Shown in pieces: positions 47,451 through 56,868 of a stretch of 64,000 nt of DNA (positions are counted from its first letter, which is position 1; each line of letters starts with the position of its first letter). Both the position numbers and the translations under genes were made by a program. The notes beneath the pieces are model-generated. The model had not been told where the DNA came from. It did not search any database and saw only the letters and a program-made list of their open reading frames with translations. Origin of the DNA: a virus (Duplodnaviria; Caudoviricetes); the IMG/VR virus record IMGVR_UViG_3300021431_000003, positions 96,001 through 160,000 of that record. One strand, given 5' to 3'.

Positions 47451-47786
47451 ATGAACAACAAGAACATCAAAGCCAGAGCGTACGAATTCATGAGAAAGGA
47501 TCATGAGAATACAACGAATGATCTAAGACTCGGTTATGCATTTGTAAAGTCATCTCCGAACTTTGCAATTCAACCCATTACATTTGAAGAGATGTCTACT
47601 GTATCTCCTGAGTATCTCTTCAATTTCTATGGTAAGCCTAGAAATTCAACTCTTAGCCGTTATCGTAGAAAGTTCTTGGAAGAGAATCCTACTGAGAAGC
47701 CAAATAATGAGGATAATACTAGAGCTACAAGTTATAGAAAACAGCTGAGAGCAAGTTCTGATTCTCTGTTTACAAGATACAAGTAA
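47451..47786 (+). CDS. Small basic hypothetical protein
   Basis: 111-aa ORF, AAGGAG RBS, structured leader. Confidence 0.6.
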   Translation: MNNKNIKARAYEFMRKDHENTTNDLRLGYAFVKSSPNFAIQPITFEEMSTVSPEYLFNFYGKPRNSTLSRYRRKFLEENPTEKPNNEDNTRATSYRKQLRASSDSLFTRYK

Positions 47787-47887
47787 AATAAACCCAAGTA
47801 AATAATCTAATGTTTGTATAATATTAAGGTGAGTAGTAATACTACTCACCTTATTTTTATATTTTATAAGAAAGGAACAAAAAACTT

Positions 47888-48559
47888 ATGAAAAACAAAA
47901 ATTTTTTATCAGATGATGTTATTAAAAGGAACTGTGTACACGTTGTTGTACCAGAAGAGATTTATGACATCTTTGCTAAACAAAGCAAAACAACTGATGC
48001 TTCAATAGCATCAATCTTTAGTGGTTTCCTTATGAATGCTAAGTATGAAGATTTCAAAACGGCAGTAGAGGAACAGGAAGACTTCACTGGTACATTTGAT
48101 ATCGCTAGTGGATTTGACAACCAGAAGTTTAGAAAGCTTCTTGGGTATGCTAAAAAGTTAGGTGTATCTGTAAATCAAATGGTTAAGCAGTACACACTTT
48201 ATCACTTCAGAGATGAGTATGAAGTTTCTGTAAGATACAGCGACCCTATAATGTATGTAAAATATATTCGGGTTGAGCCTTCATTTAAGAAAGCTATAAT
48301 AAGGCTGCAGAAGAGATATAACAAGAATAACAATACTAATTACAGACTTAGTAGATTCATTGCGAATATCTTGACTGATAAAATTGATATTTCTGATATC
48401 AATTATAAGTCAAAAAGATATGATACCAATTGCGGAGACGCATCTATCTATCTTAGCTTCACAGAAGAAGAACATAGATATGTATTTGCTAGAGCTGAAA
48501 CCTGCAAAGAGTTCAGAAGATTAATAGCTAGATATATATCTAAGGACTTATCCCAATAA
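47888..48559 (+). CDS. Putative DNA-binding protein with tandem ribbon-helix-helix-like units
   Basis: VHVVVPEEIYDIF..., KLLGYAKKLGVSVNQMV, YIRVEPSFKKAI..LSRFI, IYLSFTEEEH; early motif 47817-47831. Confidence 0.5.
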   Translation: MKNKNFLSDDVIKRNCVHVVVPEEIYDIFAKQSKTTDASIASIFSGFLMNAKYEDFKTAVEEQEDFTGTFDIASGFDNQKFRKLLGYAKKLGVSVNQMVKQYTLYHFRDEYEVSVRYSDPIMYVKYIRVEPSFKKAIIRLQKRYNKNNNTNYRLSRFIANILTDKIDISDINYKSKRYDTNCGDASIYLSFTEEEHRYVFARAETCKEFRRLIARYISKDLSQ

Positions 48560-48568
48560 TATGGTAAT

Positions 48569-48600
48569 TAGGTTGGAGACTAACATGTCTCCAACCTTTT
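48569..48600 (+). repeat. 32-nt hairpin direct repeat, copy 1 (copy 2 at 49879-49910)
   Basis: taggttggagac-taacat-gtctccaacctttt identical at both sites, each followed by (t)ataaaaaatttataa..gaaaggaa. Confidence 0.95.
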
Positions 48601-48634
48601 ATAAAAAATTTATAATTAGAAAGGAATTGATAAT

Positions 48635-49867
48635 ATGATTATCGAATTTAAGAACGCAAAGAAAACAGAAAACGGAGAGTGTGCTATTTCTAAAGTTGTT
48701 TCAACACTTGGAATTAGAACAACAAGAGGCTATTTTGATATAGCTACAATGCCTGAAAACGTCCCTATTGACGTTAACCCTAGAAAAGACCATATTGATA
48801 GCGAAGTAACAGATGCTATCGAGAAGTCTTTATCTGAAAGTAATCCTTTGTTTATGGAAATGAATAGAGGTTTGCTTATTATCTGTGAGGATGTTAAAAT
48901 TGATGAAGATAAGAATTCCGTAACAGTAAAAGTCAATAACGACCCTTATGAAGGAATAGCAGATGGAGGACACACATATAGATGTATTGTCAAATATCTG
49001 CAATCACTTAGAACCGCATCACTTCCCATTAATAAGGATAAGATGTATGTTCCTATCGAGTTTGTATGGGGAGATGCAGAAAGCAGACAGAAGTATGCTT
49101 TGCTTATCTCTATCGCAAGAAATACTGCTAAGCAGGTTAGTGATATCGCAATTGCTAATAAGCTTGGTAAATTTGATATGCTGAATAAGATTTGGTATGG
49201 GCAGCCTTGGTTATTTAGAGTTGTATATGAAGAATCTAGAACAGCAGAATTGGGAATCGGTAAGATTTTACAGATTCTTAATATCTTTAACATGGATAAC
49301 TGTAAAGCGAAAGATGGCAGCTTTAATCCGAAGTCTGCTATTAATTCAAAAGATGGCTGTAACAAGTCATACGAAACTCTTTATGATGTATATAGAGAGA
49401 CAGTAAGAAATCCATACTACGCAATGCGTAACATCATGATTGACATTTTCAATCTGTACGACTTTATCGAAAGTCGAATTCCTGAACTGGCTATCAATAA
49501 TGGAATAGACTGGAATTCTTTTGAATCTGGTAACGGTAGAGGAAGAAAGAAATTCGGTGAAATCACAAAAGACAGAAGAACATTATTTTATGACAATAAA
49601 AAGTTATATTATTGTCCTAGAGTATTTGTTAAACCAATGTTGTCTGTATTAAGACCGCTAATTGGTTTAGATAATGACGGATTCTATAAATGGAATACTG
49701 ACCCGTTTAACTTCTTTGAAAAATATGGTGCAGAGTTTGTAAAGATTCTGTGTGAGTATTATTCAAATGACGGAAATCATTCCCCTTCTGAAACTGCAAA
49801 GAATTGCAGCATGTGGAGTGACCTTCATAACAAATCTATCGAATTTGTCAAAAACGATAGAAAGTAA
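48635..49867 (+). CDS. AIPR-family (ParB/Srx-like) protein
   Basis: NPR, FMEMNRGLLIIC, GIADGGHT, ISIARNT.KQV. Confidence 0.8.
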   Translation: MIIEFKNAKKTENGECAISKVVSTLGIRTTRGYFDIATMPENVPIDVNPRKDHIDSEVTDAIEKSLSESNPLFMEMNRGLLIICEDVKIDEDKNSVTVKVNNDPYEGIADGGHTYRCIVKYLQSLRTASLPINKDKMYVPIEFVWGDAESRQKYALLISIARNTAKQVSDIAIANKLGKFDMLNKIWYGQPWLFRVVYEESRTAELGIGKILQILNIFNMDNCKAKDGSFNPKSAINSKDGCNKSYETLYDVYRETVRNPYYAMRNIMIDIFNLYDFIESRIPELAINNGIDWNSFESGNGRGRKKFGEITKDRRTLFYDNKKLYYCPRVFVKPMLSVLRPLIGLDNDGFYKWNTDPFNFFEKYGAEFVKILCEYYSNDGNHSPSETAKNCSMWSDLHNKSIEFVKNDRK

Positions 49868-49878
49868 ATAATATTAAC

Positions 49879-49910
49879 TAGGTTGGAGACTAACATGTCT
49901 CCAACCTTTT
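49879..49910 (+). repeat. 32-nt hairpin direct repeat, copy 2
   Basis: Identical to 48569-48600. Confidence 0.95.
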
Positions 49911-49945
49911 TATAAAAAATTTATAAATCGAAAGGAACGATTACT

Positions 49946-51205
49946 ATGAGTAACAACAACATGAACAACGAGAGAAATCCCTTTGTAGAGGCTATTATGG
50001 AACCTATGAAGGAAGAAATCAAAAAAGCACATGACGAAATCGACAACTGTGAGAGAAACGGTGTTCGTTATGTAAACACCACTCACGAAGAATTCGTTAA
50101 GACGATGCGTGAAAAACGAGATAATACATATGATTTCAATCTTTCTACAATAAAAGTCGACGAGTACAAGTGCGAACTTGCCCCTGCGCTCGATGATGCT
50201 TCTAAGGATTGTGGTGTCGTATATTTATTCCCTCATTATCTTATCAAATCTCCTAAGTACAGAATCGAACCTGATATCGAGGATACTGACTTGGTAGATA
50301 TCACTTATATCTGCAATTACGATGAATTGCTTACAGTACTAATTAACAAGAAAGATATGTCTTGCCTTGGATTCAGAAGATTTATTCTGGATACTATGGA
50401 CAATATGCTCTATACTCTCAATATGTGTAGAATTCCCAAGATAAGAGACCCTGAGAGTTATCTGTCTTATCGTCAGTTAATGACGTTGATTTGCTTTGTA
50501 AACAAGTATAACAAATATCTTCTCATTCTTCCATACAGATTCAAGAATGTGCTTGTTCACATTTTTGGTGATAATGAATACAGATATCGTCGTTATGCTA
50601 TCGCTACTATCGCTGAAAATGGCAAAGTCAGAGGCGATGTTATGAATAATCATCTTGTTGAAAAATCCGCAGCAAAGAAGACCGCTAATTACGATTACAG
50701 AAATGATAATCCTAATTATAAGTATGAGGCGGCTATGAATTTCACAAAGATGAGTGACAAAATTGACTACGAGATTGCTAATTATGATACTTTTATGGTT
50801 GACCTTATTACCTATTACGATGGCAATCTCAGAAAGCTTGTAAAAGAGTTCAATGAGAAAGCTGATGAGGTAGGTATTGAAGAAGCCTGGAAGACAAAGG
50901 TAGGTTTTATTATCCTTAAGTATATCGACTATATCGCAGAGTTCAAGACTGAGGATATGAAGCCTATCAAACTCTATGTAAATGCTTACAAACGTCTGTG
51001 CTTTACTGATAGAGTAAAGAAATACGAAATTGAAGATAACTTCGGTAAGCTCTTCGGAACTCTTCCTACACCTAAACCTAATCCAGACTACAAATATAAT
51101 CCTGATGATTTCAAAGTTGAAGATGATTCAGATTATATTACTGAACCTGGTAGTATGATTGTCATCTTCAATAATAAGAATCTTGAGGATGATGACGCTG
51201 AATAA
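49946..51205 (+). CDS. Hypothetical protein
   Basis: 419-aa ORF, GAAAGGA RBS, terminator 51215-51245. Confidence 0.7.
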   Translation: MSNNNMNNERNPFVEAIMEPMKEEIKKAHDEIDNCERNGVRYVNTTHEEFVKTMREKRDNTYDFNLSTIKVDEYKCELAPALDDASKDCGVVYLFPHYLIKSPKYRIEPDIEDTDLVDITYICNYDELLTVLINKKDMSCLGFRRFILDTMDNMLYTLNMCRIPKIRDPESYLSYRQLMTLICFVNKYNKYLLILPYRFKNVLVHIFGDNEYRYRRYAIATIAENGKVRGDVMNNHLVEKSAAKKTANYDYRNDNPNYKYEAAMNFTKMSDKIDYEIANYDTFMVDLITYYDGNLRKLVKEFNEKADEVGIEEAWKTKVGFIILKYIDYIAEFKTEDMKPIKLYVNAYKRLCFTDRVKKYEIEDNFGKLFGTLPTPKPNPDYKYNPDDFKVEDDSDYITEPGSMIVIFNNKNLEDDDAE

Positions 51206-51255
51206 TTTGGTTATAAAGAAGGCTGGCTATTTGTCAGCCTTCTTTTTTTACATTG

Positions 51256-51270
51256 TATATTATTATTGTG
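51256..51270 (+). promoter_or_regulatory. Early-type promoter TATATTAT-N4-GTG
   Basis: tatattattattgtg just after a terminator. Confidence 0.65.
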
Positions 51271-51372
51271 ATAGTGGAGTCATAACCCTATCCTGTGGAG
51301 GACCGCTAGCTCATAGAAGAGCTATATTAAAATTTATTATGGTCCAAGAGCAGTATACCTGGAGGTATAGAT

Positions 51373-52653
51373 ATGGCAAACGTAATCATTAACAACAACA
51401 AAATCGAGACAATGGCATTTCCTAATCCTGTGCTTCTCAGAAATGTAGAGGTAATTCCTACTTTTGAAACAGAGATTGATACTGGTACGGTGCATACTGC
51501 ACTCGTGAGGGTGGAGGCTAAAGATTTAGTTTTCTTCCCTATGAAAGCCAATCCGCGCAGCTATAATGAAGGAGGCTCGACTACCAAGAAAATTAAAAGA
51601 ACTTTGGTAGAAGAACCTCAATTGTTTGAGGTCTTGAACAGAGGTATCACTGTTGTATGTGATTCTCTCAAGTTTAATGACGGGGAAGCTCTTTTTACAT
51701 TCAGTTCGTGGTCTCAAGGTGTGGTCGATGGCGGTCATACTATGACAACTGCTATTAAAACAGTAATAGCAGATGAAGATAACCTGACAAATCATGCTAA
51801 GGTTACAATCAAGGTTATGTATGGACCTGGAGTGGTGGCATTAGCAAGCCGAATCAGCGAGACATATAACACAGTTGAAAAAGTCTCGCAGATGTCAATG
51901 AATAACTTGCGAGGGTATTTTGACCCTGTTAAGGAAAATTTAAAACCCACAAGTTATTTTAATGACATAAAGTGGGAACAAAATGAAAAAGGCTGTCGCA
52001 TTTCCTGTAATAGGATAATCGGCTTACTCAATTCATTTGACCCTTCTCGTTGGGGGCAGCACAATGGAATTATATCTCAACCTACTGATAGCTATAATTC
52101 CGCATCTCATACACAGCTTGACGTACAAAAGATGTATGAGACTAAAGGATTCACGCCAGAGAATCCGTATTATGCTTTATCCAAAGTAACATCTCAAATT
52201 ATAGAGTTGTTCGAGTGGACAGAGCATAATTTGCCAATGCTCTATGAAAAGAGCACTGGAAAAAAATATGTGAAGCTCGAAGTTACTTTACCGACTGGTA
52301 GAAAGGCAAATTTGTCCTCTTTTGTTGAGGGAGCGAAAACTGTAAAGGATGATGATGAACACATCGTGTATAAAACATATTTTCACGGTGATAATATTCC
52401 ATCATATATACCTACATCTCTTGTTTATGCAATCATTGCGCCAATGCGGAGATTGCTCGAAAGAGATAAAAATGGGTTTTACTATTTTATAGTAGACCCT
52501 ATAAAAATATTCGAAATCGTTGGTCCTGCTGTAGTAACACGGGCAATTAATTTCTATCCAAAAACATGGGACCCGTATAATATGCTGAAGGACCCTAACT
52601 TTTGGGCAGCACTTGAGAGTGTTACTGTTGAAGAAATGAACAAGCTTAAATAA
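51373..52653 (+). CDS. AIPR-family (ParB/Srx-like) protein, second paralog
   Basis: NPRSY, FEVLNRGITVVC, GVVDGGHT, ISETYNT.EKV; early promoter 51256-51270. Confidence 0.8.
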   Translation: MANVIINNNKIETMAFPNPVLLRNVEVIPTFETEIDTGTVHTALVRVEAKDLVFFPMKANPRSYNEGGSTTKKIKRTLVEEPQLFEVLNRGITVVCDSLKFNDGEALFTFSSWSQGVVDGGHTMTTAIKTVIADEDNLTNHAKVTIKVMYGPGVVALASRISETYNTVEKVSQMSMNNLRGYFDPVKENLKPTSYFNDIKWEQNEKGCRISCNRIIGLLNSFDPSRWGQHNGIISQPTDSYNSASHTQLDVQKMYETKGFTPENPYYALSKVTSQIIELFEWTEHNLPMLYEKSTGKKYVKLEVTLPTGRKANLSSFVEGAKTVKDDDEHIVYKTYFHGDNIPSYIPTSLVYAIIAPMRRLLERDKNGFYYFIVDPIKIFEIVGPAVVTRAINFYPKTWDPYNMLKDPNFWAALESVTVEEMNKLK

Positions 52654-52773
52654 GTCGTATCACGTTAAAATTACTTTGCTTTTGAAGGGTTGCTCCACTC
52701 CAGCCCTTCTTTTTTGTCCTCAACACATAATTTAACAATTTAGTAATATTTATATATAAAGGAGTGTGTCACT

Positions 52774-53574
52774 ATGTTTGACTTATATAGAAACGACCAA
52801 ATTTATAATATGGTCGCAGAAGGTGAGGTAGCTACGCTATTATCTCAATTCTCTAATTCGTACGTTATGGATGTTATTAACAACTCTATTAGAAATAGAT
52901 TTGCTTATAACCCAGCTGTATCTAATCCAAATATTGTTAACTCTTATGAGATCAACTTCAAGGATATGCTAGGTAGATTTCCGTCTGATGCTGATAATAT
53001 TATGTCTATTAGATATGAAACCTATCTAACTATCATCAATAAGATTTGTTCTTCTTTCAATGTACAATACGTTGGAAATGAACCAGACTGTTATATTCTA
53101 GCATATAATCTATACGACCTATTTGTTTCTGGCTATGCTAGAAACATCATTAATTTTTTCGCTCGTTATATCTATGCTAACAGAGAACAACTATATACTG
53201 CCATGAATCTAGATCGATATAAAAAGATTAAAGACAGTACTTCTAATTATATCCGAAAAGCATATAATGACCAAACTGTATCTATTATAATTGCTAGAAT
53301 CAAAGAAGTAATTTACTATATTTCTGGTTTCGATATTGATTTCTATACTTTCTTGACATTCAATTACAATAGAGATACGTGTGATTTCTTATATCAAAAC
53401 ATTCAACCTTTTGGAAATATCTTTAAGGATGAATTCTGTCAAGTTATTAATAATCCAGAAATTCTAACAGAGATTAGAATTGCAATTCAAAAAATGATGG
53501 AAGCTGACATGTTAGCTTCTCAACAACAGCAAGACAATAATCTAGGAGAGGAAGAAGAAGGAGCTGAGTATTAA
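52774..53574 (+). CDS. Hypothetical late protein
   Basis: 266-aa ORF, AAAGGAG RBS, late promoter 52734-52745. Confidence 0.7.
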   Translation: MFDLYRNDQIYNMVAEGEVATLLSQFSNSYVMDVINNSIRNRFAYNPAVSNPNIVNSYEINFKDMLGRFPSDADNIMSIRYETYLTIINKICSSFNVQYVGNEPDCYILAYNLYDLFVSGYARNIINFFARYIYANREQLYTAMNLDRYKKIKDSTSNYIRKAYNDQTVSIIIARIKEVIYYISGFDIDFYTFLTFNYNRDTCDFLYQNIQPFGNIFKDEFCQVINNPEILTEIRIAIQKMMEADMLASQQQQDNNLGEEEEGAEY

Positions 53575-55385
53575 TGCCAGTTATTAACAATGCATACCCT
53601 GTAGATGAAAGTAATTATGTTTATTCACCATCTGATATGGATATTACTCATAAAGATATGAGTAGACAAGACATCAATAATTTGATTGATTCTCTATGTA
53701 AAACCCGTATGGAGAATCCAGATGTGGTATTGATGGACAATATTAAAAATGAAGCTAAATTCTATGACCCTATTGCTCAAGAAAAGAGAGAACTTGAACA
53801 GGATAATATCGCTGTTGAAGAAGAGATTCTCAAAGGTATTTTTGAATCTGATACCCCAATGAGTGTTGAAGAACAAAATGAACTTATTGCTAAGGGTATG
53901 TATCAAAAGTATCAAGAAATGAAAGCAAGAAAATTGGGTAAGTCTGTACAACAAATGGCCAAGGAGGACAATGAAGCTATGAATGATATCGAAGCAGAGC
54001 TCAGAGCAAGTATGAATACACCTATGGCAGGTGATATTGAACAGGTGACAGAAGTTATTTCTGAAACACCTATGGAGGAAATTACAGAGAGTTCATTTCC
54101 AATTGAATTTACAGAGGAAAAAGAGTCTACTGGAACAGGTGAAATTGCTAATCCAGTTGAAGGTACTACTCTGGTTAAAGAGAGTGCTGGAATGGATGCA
54201 GAGTCTGTAATTGATGCTTTTGAAACAGAGAGAAATAAAACTGAAGAGAAGCATCTTTCTAAAGAGAGTATTGCTAAGATTGTAGGCGGTCTTCCTACTG
54301 CAGCAGCTGTAATGGCTAATTCACAAGAAGAAACTCTTGAAGATGTAATGACAGAGTTTAATGATACTGTAGATAGTATTAAGAATCTGCCAGAAGCTAT
54401 TGCTACTAATAACAATGATGTAGAAGAAGACAAGCCTATGTCAATTGAAGAATTTAATGATGTTCCTGCAACTGAAATTAATCTCCCTGATGATGTAGTT
54501 ACTTCCGCACTTATGGAGCAGTATGATAATGTAAATTATGAAGAAGCATTACAGCTTGTAGATGTAATGAATCGTTATAAGGCACATGAGAAGTTTAATG
54601 TATTTGAAGCTTTACCAATGTCTATTAAAACAGTAATTCTTCAAGAAGCTGCATCTGTTGGAGCAGACCGTTCTACAGTTAACTTCTTTGCAAAGACATT
54701 CATTAATGACCTTGTAAATAATACTTATCTCGATAGAGAGATTAAGGATTTCAATGCTGAACTTCAGGAAGCTATGGCTCCTATGGGTAACATTGTAGGT
54801 ACTATGATGGATGAATATAATGATGAAGTATATAATAAGTTTACTACTAAGCTTTTTGAAAAGGCTGATGAAATTAGAAACTCTGACCCAGAAAAGGCAC
54901 TTCAACTTAATACTATCGCTACTAACTTTGAAGCTGCTGTAACACTTAGTAGAATCCGTTCTAATCTTTCTGTTAATAACTCCATCTCTAATAAGCATTA
55001 TAAATATGCTAGAGATAACTGGAAAAAGCTTGTAGAAGAGTATAATAATATTATCGCTAATGTATCTCCTAAGCCTAGAGATTTGGATATCTGTCTTAAG
55101 GGTCTTATCGTAGCTGGTTATCCAGAAGATTATGCTAAGACTATTATTTCTCTTGTAGTATCTGAGGTAAAAGATGCTGTAAAGAACGGTAGCCTTGAAG
55201 AGCATATCTACGCATATTATCTTACTAATTCTCTACTCAATCTTAACTATACTGCTAATAATAGTAAGGTAATTGAGAAGATTAAGTATGGTGTTGATGA
55301 TGCTATTAATATTATTGATAAGTATATGACACCTCTTAAGATGAGAAATACTAAGAAGAACAGAAAGAGAAATAAGAGAAAGTAA
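53574..55385 (+). CDS. Hypothetical protein, acidic N-half, helical C-half, basic tail
   Basis: 603-aa ORF coupled by TAATG overlap. Confidence 0.7.
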   Translation: MPVINNAYPVDESNYVYSPSDMDITHKDMSRQDINNLIDSLCKTRMENPDVVLMDNIKNEAKFYDPIAQEKRELEQDNIAVEEEILKGIFESDTPMSVEEQNELIAKGMYQKYQEMKARKLGKSVQQMAKEDNEAMNDIEAELRASMNTPMAGDIEQVTEVISETPMEEITESSFPIEFTEEKESTGTGEIANPVEGTTLVKESAGMDAESVIDAFETERNKTEEKHLSKESIAKIVGGLPTAAAVMANSQEETLEDVMTEFNDTVDSIKNLPEAIATNNNDVEEDKPMSIEEFNDVPATEINLPDDVVTSALMEQYDNVNYEEALQLVDVMNRYKAHEKFNVFEALPMSIKTVILQEAASVGADRSTVNFFAKTFINDLVNNTYLDREIKDFNAELQEAMAPMGNIVGTMMDEYNDEVYNKFTTKLFEKADEIRNSDPEKALQLNTIATNFEAAVTLSRIRSNLSVNNSISNKHYKYARDNWKKLVEEYNNIIANVSPKPRDLDICLKGLIVAGYPEDYAKTIISLVVSEVKDAVKNGSLEEHIYAYYLTNSLLNLNYTANNSKVIEKIKYGVDDAINIIDKYMTPLKMRNTKKNRKRNKRK

Positions 55386-55448
55386 TATATGAGGGGTGAG
55401 TAAAATCACCCCTCAACATTTTATTAAAATACCAAAGGAGGTAATATT

Positions 55449-55835
55449 ATGGTTTCTTTTTTAACTTGTAATGCAAAAGCTGTATTAAGACTTATCCTTG
55501 AAGTATCATATCAAAAAAAGGATAAGATTGCTAAATGTGTATACGAGATTTCTTCTGATAAGGTATATAAGATTACCGTAGCTGATAATATGACTGGTCT
55601 ATATACTTATAATGCTCGTGTTACTGGGTATACTATGTGTAATACAAAAGAGGTGTTATCTTTTGTAAACCAGAATACTAAACCTACTGTAGTAGATACA
55701 CTTAAGATTGACTACTCAGAGGATAATATCTCTAAGACTGCTTCTATTAATGTGGCAGATATTCGTTACATTGAGGAGTTGTCTACATCTGGTTTTGATG
55801 AGATTCTGAATCGTGAAATCCCGACTTTTAGATAA
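55449..55835 (+). CDS. Hypothetical late protein, paralog of 24906-25463 core domain
   Basis: G..T..AR and DYS....SK...I....I..I shared; promoter 55415-55426. Confidence 0.65.
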   Translation: MVSFLTCNAKAVLRLILEVSYQKKDKIAKCVYEISSDKVYKITVADNMTGLYTYNARVTGYTMCNTKEVLSFVNQNTKPTVVDTLKIDYSEDNISKTASINVADIRYIEELSTSGFDEILNREIPTFR

Positions 55836-55884
55836 TACACATTCAGAAACAAAATAATAATATTTTTATAAGGAGGAATCTATC

Positions 55885-56139
55885 ATGTTTGATAAGATGA
55901 GAAAAGCAGTATACGACTATGTCGTATCACACCTTGATAAGACCGATGAGGTTTCTATCACACTTGACGATGTTTATATCGTATGGACTTGCAAGGCACT
56001 TCAGAACTGGAAGGCTTGTATTAGTACTACTCTTCCCGATGGTATGTACTACGAGTGTACATATAACGGAGATACTAATGAGCTCTATCTGGATGCTTAT
56101 AAGAAGTTCGAAAACAGAGTCATTAAAGATTTTAATTAA
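55885..56139 (+). CDS. DUF6275-like phage protein
   Basis: VYIVW.CK.LQNWKA.ISTT.PDGMYYE.TYNGD..ELYLDAYKK.EN signature. Confidence 0.75.
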   Translation: MFDKMRKAVYDYVVSHLDKTDEVSITLDDVYIVWTCKALQNWKACISTTLPDGMYYECTYNGDTNELYLDAYKKFENRVIKDFN

Positions 56140-56831
56140 TGGAGGTAACTAAAATGGTTGATATGTATGAAGAGCCTACTACTCCTGATAATTGCAATTA
56201 CGAAGTGATTGAAAACTATCTTTCTTTTACTCAAGCTCTTGATAAGCTGATTAAAAAAGAGGATGACACTACTGACAATAACGAATATGGCATTAGAATC
56301 TGTACATGGAATAAAGCTATTGTAATCAGAATTCAGAAACCTGATGAAAACTCTAAAATGACAGGAAGATATCTTTATAAGAACGTACATTATAAGAACT
56401 ATAAAGAAAATAATATTCCTTGGGTTCCTAATAACGAATACATCTTCAATAATTTCTGGGAATTAGTTAAGTTCGTTAAGAATGAAGATGTAATTCCTGA
56501 TAATGAAACTATCAATAAGATGACTGCTTCTATGTATGATAATAAGAAATGTGAAGCTTGGTTTAAGAATCCAGATATTCAGAAAGAATTCGACAACTGC
56601 AGACGCAAGTGTGAAGAACTCAAGAAAGACTATACTAAATATCGTAATCTTGTAACCAAGGATAAGACTGAAGATAACGATAAATGCGCTCCTCATTGTG
56701 CTAAGAAGTGTCTCAATGAGTGTCATAAGGCTGAAACAAAACCTAATAACAATCAGACAATCATTGTAAAAGGCGATGTAAGAAAACTCGTTGATACATT
56801 TGATGAGATTATTGATGCTCTGTTAAGTTAA
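56139..56831 (+). CDS. DUF2829/Tad2-like domain protein with C-terminal extension
   Basis: SFTQAL..L, R..W, IRIQKPDENSKMT..YLY, IPWVP, F...WELV. Confidence 0.55.
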   Translation: MEVTKMVDMYEEPTTPDNCNYEVIENYLSFTQALDKLIKKEDDTTDNNEYGIRICTWNKAIVIRIQKPDENSKMTGRYLYKNVHYKNYKENNIPWVPNNEYIFNNFWELVKFVKNEDVIPDNETINKMTASMYDNKKCEAWFKNPDIQKEFDNCRRKCEELKKDYTKYRNLVTKDKTEDNDKCAPHCAKKCLNECHKAETKPNNNQTIIVKGDVRKLVDTFDEIIDALLS

Positions 56832-56835
56832 TATA

Positions 56836-56865
56836 AATCCCCACACCTTGATTGGTGTGGGGATT
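56836..56865. terminator. Bidirectional intrinsic terminator
   Basis: aatccccacacc-ttgatt-ggtgtggggatt between convergent genes. Confidence 0.8.
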
Positions 56866-56868
56866 ATT

